Shown here one piece after another: positions 57,090-64,000 of a DNA stretch of 64,000 bases (position 1 is its first letter; the number at the start of each line of letters is the position of its first letter). Under the pieces are notes generated by a model. It was given only the letters and a program-made list of their open reading frames with translations. It was not told where the DNA came from and ran no database searches. The DNA comes from Acidimicrobiales bacterium (lineage in GTDB: Bacteria; Actinomycetota; Acidimicrobiia; Acidimicrobiales; Aldehydirespiratoraceae), in the NCBI GenBank assembly GCA_041394245.1, contig JAWKIR010000002.1, positions 2,858,970 through 2,922,969 on the forward strand, in the 5' to 3' direction. The position numbers and the translations under genes were made by a program.

Positions 57090-58232
57090 TCATGAAGCAA
57101 GCGGTCGACGAGCTGCCAGGTCGGCCCGGTTGGCCGCCGCGACGCCGGCGCCGTAGCCCGACCCGTCGAATGTGGCGTGAGACGGGCGCAGGCGCGAGAG
57201 GGAAGGGAAGACCTCGTCCACCATGCGGTCGACCGCAGCCGCGCGGCTGGCGAGGACGGGGAGGAGTGGTCCGTCGGCCGCGGTGGTAGCGGCGGCCCGC
57301 TCGGTGGCCCGTGCGTTCTCCGCGGACAGGCGCTCGTCGATTCGTCCTGCGAATCCGATCAGGAATGAACGCCGAAAGGCGCGCGTCGTCGACTTGCCGT
57401 AGCCGTCGGTGGTCGATCCGTGGCGCAGCATGGCCCGGGACGCCTGAACCAGCAGCGAGGTGAACAGGAGTTCGGTCGCTTCGAGGTCGATGGTGTAGCC
57501 GATGACCGTGGCCAACCCGAGGCCACTGTGGCGAATGGCCGTCGCCCGATTCGACCGCGCGATCACGCTGAGTAGCCCGAACTTCTCACGGTCGTAGGGC
57601 CGCTCGACGGCCAGCCGGATCGCGTCGGGGCCCGTGTGCGGCCCGGAGCCGGCGGCGCTGCGCAACGCGTCGGCGAGCGAGTGATCGGTGATGAGCGCCT
57701 GGGCCTTGGCGGTGAACGCCTCGGCTTCTGCCTCGAACGCACTCGACTCGGCCTTGGCCAGCATGGCGCGCACCTTCCTCAGGATGTCGTGGTCCAACGC
57801 TCCGCCCGTTGCGGGCGACGCATCGCCAACGGAACGTGGCGCCGACGCATCGGCCTCGCCAGGGAGGGGTCCCAGCTGCCGCAGCCCGGGCAGGAAGGCC
57901 AGTCGAGACCACAGTTCGAGTCGGTCGGTACGCCAGCCCCGATGGCGGGACTCCACGGCTTCGTCATCGTCGCCCGCCACATTTCGGACGTGGTTGATCT
58001 GCACCTGCCACCGGGGCGAGAGTCGATCGCCGTAGCCCTGAACCTCGTGTTCGCGCAGGATCAGCGTGGCAGCGAGGCGCAGGGCGGTCGGGGTGAGGTC
58101 ATGGTCGACCATCGCCAACAGATCGCCCGGCATCCAGCCGATCTGCCAGGCGTAGGTGATGAGCGCGACGAGGCCGGCATCGAGTTCGTCGGGATCTTCG
58201 GGTGGGCGGTGTGGTGTGAAGTGGTTCGGCAT
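57090..58232 (-). CDS. DUF2786-domain protein
   Basis: ATG at 58232 with GAGAGGGTGGA upstream. ILRKVRAMLAKAESSAFEAEAEAFTAKAQALI is the recalled DUF2786 signature. TGTGACA palindrome at 58254-58260. Confidence 0.7.
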   Translation of the reverse strand: MPNHFTPHRPPEDPDELDAGLVALITYAWQIGWMPGDLLAMVDHDLTPTALRLAATLILREHEVQGYGDRLSPRWQVQINHVRNVAGDDDEAVESRHRGWRTDRLELWSRLAFLPGLRQLGPLPGEADASAPRSVGDASPATGGALDHDILRKVRAMLAKAESSAFEAEAEAFTAKAQALITDHSLADALRSAAGSGPHTGPDAIRLAVERPYDREKFGLLSVIARSNRATAIRHSGLGLATVIGYTIDLEATELLFTSLLVQASRAMLRHGSTTDGYGKSTTRAFRRSFLIGFAGRIDERLSAENARATERAAATTAADGPLLPVLASRAAAVDRMVDEVFPSLSRLRPSHATFDGSGYGAGVAAANRADLAARRPLAS

Positions 58233-58281
58233 GCGTCCACCCTCTCGCGCCGGTGTGACACGGCTGAGCGGCTTCGTCAAC

Positions 58282-58388
58282 TCAGCCGCGTCGCGGGGGT
58301 GACGCGTAGTCGCTGAGCCGTTGCATGACGGCATTGCTCTCGTCGTCGAAGACGCCTCCGTAGACCCCGAGGATCAGCGCCGGGTTCG
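58282..58388 (-). pseudogene. Orphan 3' fragment of an integrase gene (right copy of the direct repeat)
   Basis: Encodes ...NPALILGVYGGVFDDESNAVMQRLSDYASPPRRG*, matching the last ~35 codons of the intact integrase. No upstream integrase sequence. Confidence 0.75.
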
Positions 58389-58464
58389 CCGCAACACCGC
58401 CGCGCCGATTGATCCAGCCGTAGCATCCTGCTACAGTCGTATCAGTCCAGTACAGGAGATTCTG

Positions 58465-58842
58465 ATGGCGAAGGGTGCCTCGACCCCCACCCGAGTGAAC
58501 GCGGACGTTGCGGCGGCTGCTGCCGCGGTGGCGCCCGCCGAGAACCGGACGACAGCTGAGCAGATCAACTACTGGGTCAGGCTCGGCATGCAAGTCGAGC
58601 GGGCGGCGTCCGCCACCAGCCGACGTGTGCTGGCCGTCGTCGCCGGTGACGCCCAGTTCTCGACCCTCGACCCGCACGACCGAACAGCCGCCCACGCGTC
58701 GATCGATGCCCGGATGGCGGAGCGTGTGGCCGACCAGCGATTCGGGCCCGCCGCGCGCAAGGCGGGTCGCGTGACGGTGTCGATCGACGACGACGGCGCA
58801 CTCGTCGAGATCGCGCCGGACGGTACTCGTCGGCTCCTGTGA
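58465..58842 (+). CDS. ParD-like type II antitoxin
   Basis: AGGAG 7 nt upstream. AENRTTAEQINYWVRLGMQVE matches the recalled ParD_like motif. Confidence 0.7.
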   Translation: MAKGASTPTRVNADVAAAAAAVAPAENRTTAEQINYWVRLGMQVERAASATSRRVLAVVAGDAQFSTLDPHDRTAAHASIDARMAERVADQRFGPAARKAGRVTVSIDDDGALVEIAPDGTRRLL

Positions 58843-59408
58843 GCCGTCTCGATCTGATTGCAGGACCGAACGGCGCAGGAAAGTCCACGCTCTACGAGCG
58901 AGTGATCGCCCCTGACCGGCCTGGTCTGCCCTTCGTCAACGCAGACCGCATCGCACGCGAGCGATTCCCGGGCGCGGAAACAACGGAGGCCTACAAGGCT
59001 GCGGAGATCGCCGCAAAGGCGCGGGAAGCGCTCATCGCCGCCCGCCTCGACTTCTGCACCGAAACCGTGTTCTCGCATGAGTCGAAGGTCGACCTGGTCG
59101 CGAGCGCTTCTTCATCTGGCTACGACGTCGTCTTGCACGTGGTCATGATCCCTCTCCGTCTGTCTGGGCCCCGAGTCGCCGCTCGTGTCGCCAACGGAGG
59201 ACACGGCGTACCGGCCGAAAAGCTCGAGACGCGGTACGAGCGCCTCTGGCCGCTTGTCGTGGCCGCAGTGCCGCTGTGCCATCGTGCGGTGTTCTACGAC
59301 AACTCCGCAGACGCGGGCCCGCTCGAGGTCGGCTCCTACCGCTACGGCGTCCCCGACTACGAACCTCGGTGGCCCGCGTGGTCCCCGGATCCAGTCCGAA
59401 CACTCTGA
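58839..59408 (+). CDS. Zeta-toxin / COG4185-type P-loop kinase toxin
   Basis: GTGA overlap with the antitoxin. LIAGPNGAGKSTL Walker A. 189 aa. Confidence 0.75.
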   Translation: MSRLDLIAGPNGAGKSTLYERVIAPDRPGLPFVNADRIARERFPGAETTEAYKAAEIAAKAREALIAARLDFCTETVFSHESKVDLVASASSSGYDVVLHVVMIPLRLSGPRVAARVANGGHGVPAEKLETRYERLWPLVVAAVPLCHRAVFYDNSADAGPLEVGSYRYGVPDYEPRWPAWSPDPVRTL

Positions 59409-59771
59409 GCTCTCCGTACGACGGACTCGTCTCCCGCCGGAGTGAGAGTCGACTGCATCTCGTCGTGAGAAGGGGTCGCATGCGCTTCGGGTTTCCGCGA
59501 CTTCCCAACTCGGCGTGTCACACGCTCTCTCTCGTTTCGGGAATCACTGACGAGAGGAGACGTGATGAAGGTGCTGGTGGCACCTGAAGATTGGTGATCT
59601 CGCCGATGCACTGACCGACTCGCTCGAACGTGGCGGCTGGTTGCAGGGAAGTAGCGAGAACGAAACGGTGGCGATGGTGGGCGAGCTCCTGACGGTGCTC
59701 GTGAACATCACGGAGCCGGCCGAGCCGGGGTCAGTTGTTCGCCGGAATGGCGACCTGGCGTATGTCAGATG

Positions 59772-59817
59772 AGGTGTACACCTCATAGGTGTTCTACGTG
59801 TAAGAAGCGTGTAGTCT
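59772..59817 (+). promoter_or_regulatory. vapBC promoter/operator: 12-bp palindrome plus TAGTCT -10, likely leaderless
   Basis: AGGTGTACACCT (59772-59783). TAGTCT (59812-59817) ends 7 nt before the vapB ATG. No SD sequence. Confidence 0.45.
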
Positions 59818-59824
59818 CTGAACT

Positions 59825-60019
59825 ATGGCTCGAACCAACATCGAGATCGACGACGAAACGCTCGACGTCGTGATGCGGCGCTACGGCATCCACACCAAGA
59901 CCGAGGCGGTCGATCTTGCGTTACGGCGGCTCGCCGGTGAACCCATGACGATCGCTGAAGCCTTGGAGATGCGCGGTGCCCGTGCGATCAGCGACGTGCC
60001 GGCTGATACCGGTCCATGA
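59825..60019 (+). CDS. vapB: VapB-family antitoxin
   Basis: [36 protein letters not shown]. Confidence 0.85.
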   Translation: MARTNIEIDDETLDVVMRRYGIHTKTEAVDLALRRLAGEPMTIAEALEMRGARAISDVPADTGP

Positions 60020-60411
60020 TCCTCGCCGATACTTCGGCATGGGTTGAGTTCGACCGTGCCACCGGCTCTGGCGCCGACGAGCGCCTCGCCGGATTGATCG
60101 AAGCAGGCGGCGGCGACCTTGCCGTCACCGAACCCGTCATGATGGAGGTGCTCGCAGGTGCACGGACCGACCAGCGCAGCAACGAGCTTCGCCGGCTCCT
60201 GACATCATTTCGATGGATCGCCGCCGACCCCGTCGCCGATTTCGAAGGTGCGGCACTGCTCTACCGACAGTGTCGATCTGCCGGCGTCACTCCGCGAGGT
60301 CTCATCGACTGCATGATTGCCACGATCTCGCTGCGATCCGGAGCAGAACTCTTGGCGGTCGACGGCGACTTCGCCGCGATCGCGGAAGTCGTTCCTCTGC
60401 GCCTCGCCTAG
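60016..60411 (+). CDS. vapC: PIN-domain VapC toxin
   Basis: ATGA overlap. [12 protein letters not shown]..., E43, and the D..IA and DGDF acidic residues typical of PIN domains. Confidence 0.9.
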   Translation: MILADTSAWVEFDRATGSGADERLAGLIEAGGGDLAVTEPVMMEVLAGARTDQRSNELRRLLTSFRWIAADPVADFEGAALLYRQCRSAGVTPRGLIDCMIATISLRSGAELLAVDGDFAAIAEVVPLRLA

Positions 60412-60540
60412 CGCGGGCGGGGTATGAGCCCACGCCGGCGGTGACCGCGGCGTCCCGTCCGGACCGGGCATGTTCATCATGGCGGTCATACCCCCTTGGA
60501 CAAGGATGGACTCAGTCAGCCACTCGACCAAGGAGCTATC

Positions 60541-60738
60541 GTGAACGCTGTGCCTGAAGGCAAGATCTGGACCACAGATGAACTCCTGGCGATGACGCCG
60601 AACGAACGCCACGGCGTTGTCAACGCTGGCATCGTGACGGACGTGCACGCGGTCCCGCCGGACCTTCTCGAGCGTGCGCGCTCCGACATACGCGCCCACA
60701 TCGCCGACGACGAGGCAGCGACTACCACCGAGCCGTGA
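60541..60738 (+). CDS. Small hypothetical protein (65 aa), first gene of a TA-like pair
   Basis: GTG at 60541 with AAGGAG 5 nt upstream. No family recognised. Confidence 0.45.
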   Translation: MNAVPEGKIWTTDELLAMTPNERHGVVNAGIVTDVHAVPPDLLERARSDIRAHIADDEAATTTEP

Positions 60739-61046
60739 ACACGCGGCGGCCGGTCAAGGTCGACGAGCGCTTCCTCGAACTTCTCGACACCCAACTCGGC
60801 AGTGAAGGCGGCCCGAACGGCGAGCCCTCGGCGACGGACTTCCTGCTCGTCGAGCTGCCGCCGATCGCGGAGCGGTTTGCCACCGCGTTCCATGAACTGA
60901 TGACGCCCATTGCCGATCGCCCGGACTATCGGTCGGTCCTGAGTGTCGGCACCCTTGTTCCACGGGTCCTCGAAACCGGTGTCGTCGAAGCCGACGGCGC
61001 GGTCAATCGCATCAGCATCCGCATCGACATGGAGGCCGGGTGGTGA
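60735..61046 (+). CDS. Hypothetical protein (103 aa), second gene of a TA-like pair
   Basis: GTGA overlap with the upstream gene. Loosely ParE/RelE-like layout. Family not recognised. Confidence 0.45.
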   Translation: MNTRRPVKVDERFLELLDTQLGSEGGPNGEPSATDFLLVELPPIAERFATAFHELMTPIADRPDYRSVLSVGTLVPRVLETGVVEADGAVNRISIRIDMEAGW

Positions 61047-61237
61047 GATCACCCAACCTTCTCGTCGGTTGACGAATCCGAGTATCGGACCGGTTCTTCT
61101 CCTCAGAACGAGTCGCGCGGCCGGTTCATAGAGAGTAGTCTCGGGCGCTCCGATCCCGACGGCATGGGAGCGGTCAGGGGAACTGCGCCCGGAGAAACCG
61201 TCCCGTCCGCGCCGTGGAGGATCCCTAGGCTGCGAGA

Positions 61238-62890
61238 ATGGCAGCCGACCACGAACAGATAGGCGATGAGGTCACCGAGGGCGTTCTGCGCGGCTACTTC
61301 AAGACGGGCAAGCGATTCGTGCCTCCGATCATGGCGTTGCCGGGTGCTATCTCTTCGGACTGGGTGAAGTCGAGCCTGCCTGATCTCTTGTGGCCGATCC
61401 TGTTGGTGTCGCAGTTCGGTGACCGGGGCTCTGTCATGTTTGCGATGGCGCAGCGGGCCGTCATCGAGGCTGTGGGCACGGACACGTTGGAGACCGAAGG
61501 CATCGATCTCGACGGTCGCCTCACCAGCCTCGAGCGGGCGTCAGACTACCGCGACGTCGTCGCCGCTGCGGTTATGGCTCAGCCTGAGGCCTACGAGCTG
61601 TTCGATCCTCTGGTTCTCGGAGTCATGGCCGCCTACGGCGATGCTCTGCCCGGTGCCTGGCTGTTTGAACGAGCGCTCGAGCTGCAACCCGGTCTGAGTA
61701 TCGAGGAGTCGCTTGACCTCCTTGCGTCTGCCGTCTTGCGTGTCATCGAGGATCGACATCTGAACGCCCTTGCCAAGGCGGCGCCCTTCGGATGGGCCAT
61801 GCAGATGGGCAAGATGCGATTCCCGTCCGACCTTCCTGCTGTGGACTCTCTTGTGGGCTATCCCGGGGTGCCTGAGAACGTGGACGAGGCCGACGCCTTC
61901 ATCCTTTCAACGTTCCTGGCGATGAACATGATGGTCCCGGAACAGACTCAGCGGGCGCGTGACGACTGGTGTCGCATGTTCTGGAATCTCAACTGGGCTC
62001 TCACGCCGTGTATCCCAGCAGAGGTTGCCGCTGCGGAAGACCCCGAAGACTCCGCCGAAACGCGTCGAGGTGGGGGCCAAGCCGCTCCTCGGAACGTGGC
62101 AAGTGACCCGAGCGGCGCCAGCCCGCTCGCAGAAGGGGCTGCGGGCGAGAACGACCTGGAAGAGGCCTCGCCATTGGACGTCGCGGCTTCGATGTACGAG
62201 GAGTTTATGGAGAAGATCCTCGCTCGTGACGCGCAAGTCGACTTGTACTCGCCGGCCAAGTTCGAGGTCCTATCGGGGCTTGTCGCCCGCGCATTCCACT
62301 CCGTCGTCGGGCTTCTACGCGCTCCGCACCTATGGACGGGGGAGCAAGCGTCCGGGGTACTGCGGTCGTTCCGGGAGTCCCGCATACACATCGCGTGGAT
62401 GTTGAAGAACGAGGAGGGGGGTTCGTTCGATCGCTACCAGGACTACGGTCTGGGCAAGCGCAGGTTGTACGAACAGGTTCTCAAGGGCCTTGTGCCGGAT
62501 GACGAGGAAGCTCCTCCTGACCTTCAGACGCTCATCGAGACAATCGAGAGGCAGACCGGCGGCGATCACGGAGCGATGTTCCAGACGGTATCCGTCGAGG
62601 CCACCTTCTCTGGCAAGAACCTGAGGGCGATGGCCGCAGAGGTGGGTCTCGCCGACGAGTACCGAGCCGTCTATCAGCGGGAGAGCGGTGTGACGCACGC
62701 CGAGTGGTGGGCGTTGGAGGACTACGCAATGCAGCGGTGCCTTAACCCGCTACATCGGTTCCACTGGCTGCCTACGTTCAGTGCGGCCGCCGCCCCGACC
62801 AGAGGGTTCCCAGTCGTCCTCCTGGATGCGTTCGAAGAACTCGTCGCGCTGGCAGCCGAAGGGCTCTCGCGCACCGAGGGACCGGAGTAG
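61238..62890 (+). CDS. Uncharacterised 550-aa protein, C-terminal half DUF5677-like
   Basis: Unknown N-terminal domain, acidic disordered linker, then GVLRSFRESRIHIAWML...YRAVYQRESGVTHAEWWAL, resembling the recalled DUF5677 pattern. Lower GC3 codons. Confidence 0.6.
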   Translation: MAADHEQIGDEVTEGVLRGYFKTGKRFVPPIMALPGAISSDWVKSSLPDLLWPILLVSQFGDRGSVMFAMAQRAVIEAVGTDTLETEGIDLDGRLTSLERASDYRDVVAAAVMAQPEAYELFDPLVLGVMAAYGDALPGAWLFERALELQPGLSIEESLDLLASAVLRVIEDRHLNALAKAAPFGWAMQMGKMRFPSDLPAVDSLVGYPGVPENVDEADAFILSTFLAMNMMVPEQTQRARDDWCRMFWNLNWALTPCIPAEVAAAEDPEDSAETRRGGGQAAPRNVASDPSGASPLAEGAAGENDLEEASPLDVAASMYEEFMEKILARDAQVDLYSPAKFEVLSGLVARAFHSVVGLLRAPHLWTGEQASGVLRSFRESRIHIAWMLKNEEGGSFDRYQDYGLGKRRLYEQVLKGLVPDDEEAPPDLQTLIETIERQTGGDHGAMFQTVSVEATFSGKNLRAMAAEVGLADEYRAVYQRESGVTHAEWWALEDYAMQRCLNPLHRFHWLPTFSAAAAPTRGFPVVLLDAFEELVALAAEGLSRTEGPE

Positions 62891-63126
62891 CTGTTCCCGA
62901 ACAGGGCGGGGTGGTTTCCCCATCTCATGGACCCCTGCTCGTTGCGGTCCCTGACTCGTCCAGAGCTCGTCAAGGAAGCTCTTCACCTCCAAGGTGGTTG
63001 CGGTCGGCCGGCGCCGGCGGAACCTGGGGGGCAAGCGGCCCTGTAACGATCTGCGGCGCAAGGTTGGGTATCGATTACGGTTGGCTGGCCGGCGGCGGGT
63101 CAGAGCCGGTCGGAGGGAGGCGCGAA

Positions 63127-63621
63127 ATGGCTCGATCCAATCGGCATGGCGGTCCCGCGGACTCGGCATGGGAGGAGTGCCTAGAGGTCACCGCGTCGAT
63201 CGAGCGTAAGGCCGGGAAGAACAAACGACGGGCGCGAGTGGTGACCCTAGTGATGATCGGATCCACCGCCATGATCCCGGTTGTTCTTGCCTACGCGAGC
63301 AGTGACTTCTGGCAAAGGCTGGTCCCATCAGTGCTGGCTGCGGTCTCGGTCGTTGCGGGGACATGGGCACAGTTCGAGAAGCCTCACGAGCGGTGGGTCC
63401 TCTATCGCCGTTACCACAGGATTCTTCAGGGTGAACAGAATCGGTACAAGTACCGCTTGGATGCCTATGCAGCGGAAGCTGACGACGAGAGTAACAAGCG
63501 GCTGGCGGCGAGGCTCGTGGAGCTGCAGCTGCAGCTTCACCGAGAATGGGAGGGACTCGTGCCCGCAACGGATGAACTCGGCGGGGTTCAGACCAGCCCT
63601 GGGAGTTCGCATGGCACCTGA
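63127..63621 (+). CDS. DUF4231 / SLATT-superfamily two-TM effector protein
   Basis: GGAGGGAGG RBS. KNKRRARVVTLVMIGSTAMIPVVLAY (TM1), LVPSVLAAVSVVAGTWAQF (TM2), then ERWVLYRRYHRILQGEQNRYKYRLDAY. Confidence 0.75.
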   Translation: MARSNRHGGPADSAWEECLEVTASIERKAGKNKRRARVVTLVMIGSTAMIPVVLAYASSDFWQRLVPSVLAAVSVVAGTWAQFEKPHERWVLYRRYHRILQGEQNRYKYRLDAYAAEADDESNKRLAARLVELQLQLHREWEGLVPATDELGGVQTSPGSSHGT

Positions 63622-64000
63622 TCTTTTTGACCATGCCAGCTCGCCTCTCAAGTCGGTGTTCGGGTCAGCGGTTCTTCATTGTTTCTCGTTCGGTGAGCAT
63701 GAAGAGGACAACGTCCTGGTCATCGACTGTTTGGACAGAAGTGGCCAGGACTGGCCACCGGTGCGTGTTCAAAGTGCGTGCTACACCGCTGAGATCTTTA
63801 GGAGCACCGACTGTGACTGCCACGGGCAGCTCGCCGCCAGTCTGAGGCGCGTCCACGCCGAGGGTGGGCTTCTGGTCTACATGATTGCCGATGGACGCGG
63901 AGCCGGCCTCCTCACCAAGGTCAGAGGCCTCTCCTTGGGCGCAACGGAGGGATTGGATACCTATGACGCATACGAGCGGCTTGGTGTCGATTCGGACCCC
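63611..64000 (+). CDS. GTP cyclohydrolase II (RibA)-like protein, N-terminal 130 codons (truncated by window end)
   Basis: Not in the track (no stop). Own translation: MAPDLFDH...VRVQSACYTAEIFRSTDCDCHGQLAASLRRVHAEGGLLVYMIADGRGAGLLTKVRGL, with the three Zn Cys (SAC, CDC) conserved. Overlaps the SLATT gene by 11 nt. Confidence 0.8.
   Translation, partial: MAPDLFDHASSPLKSVFGSAVLHCFSFGEHEEDNVLVIDCLDRSGQDWPPVRVQSACYTAEIFRSTDCDCHGQLAASLRRVHAEGGLLVYMIADGRGAGLLTKVRGLSLGATEGLDTYDAYERLGVDSDP

Larger units (their letters stand above)
53725..64000. mobile_element. Putative integrated genomic island (right end beyond the window)
   Basis: Tyrosine integrase, an integrase 3' remnant, a DUF2786 protein, TA modules, and a lower-GC3 cargo region at about 59.4-64 kb (judged by eye). 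No att or tRNA identified. Confidence 0.45.

Noticed and set aside
58282-58695. 137-aa minus-strand ORF as an intact gene
   Set aside because: Only its last ~35 codons are integrase-like. The remainder is antisense to the ParD-like antitoxin gene and its promoter.
63627-63845. Track ORF of 72 aa (MTMPARLSSRCSG...)
   Set aside because: It is an out-of-frame shadow of the RibA-like reading frame that starts at 63611 and runs to the window end.

Overview
64 kb of very high-GC, actinobacterium-like chromosome. All calls come from reading the sequence and ORF track by eye. Domain names are recalled motif matches, not search results. Start codons are inferred from RBS position, 4-nt overlaps and domain boundaries. 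Many long ORFs in the track are Arg/Pro/Gly-rich antisense shadows or 5' over-extensions and were discarded.

**Positions 1-53.6 kb: densely packed core-like genes**
- UvrD-like helicase (partial).
- A minus-strand operon: H-NOX sensor, PAS histidine kinase, then three response regulators (REC-HDOD, REC-degenerate HD-GYP, REC-EAL). It is divergent from an adenylate cyclase-STAND-TPR gene.
- A polymorphic-toxin/immunity pair.
- ABC-F ATPase, esterase, two DDN-family F420 enzymes, MFS transporter, SGNH membrane protein, TerC.
- A glpD / FAD-oxidase / FGGY-kinase operon.
- A 720-aa unknown protein with a DUF2325-like tail, divergent from an Rv1264-like cyclase.
- A phnDCEE phosphonate transporter whose phnC carries an in-frame TAG.
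- Two divergent NT5C-like nucleotidases, M20 peptidase, SDR, sulfotransferase, QOR, AKR.
- A 1260-aa S8 protease with five PPC repeats plus Calx-beta.
- An MpaB/DUF2236 oxygenase followed by a clear heliorhodopsin.
- DUF3089 lipoprotein, flavin monooxygenase, GH43 with a 29-Thr linker, GerMN lipoprotein.

**Positions ~53.7-64 kb: accessory island, visibly lower GC3 toward the right end**
- A tyrosine integrase plus an orphan copy of its 3' end 3,860 bp away.
- Four paralogous tail-anchored coiled-coil genes. Each sits behind the same palindrome, -10 box and anti-SD hairpin module.
- A DUF2786 protein.
- Three toxin-antitoxin-like pairs.
- A cassette of a DUF5677-like 550-aa protein, a DUF4231/SLATT 2-TM effector and an overlapping GTP cyclohydrolase II-like gene cut by the window end. 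This cassette is my best candidate for an undescribed system.

No rRNA, tRNA or CRISPR array was recognised.
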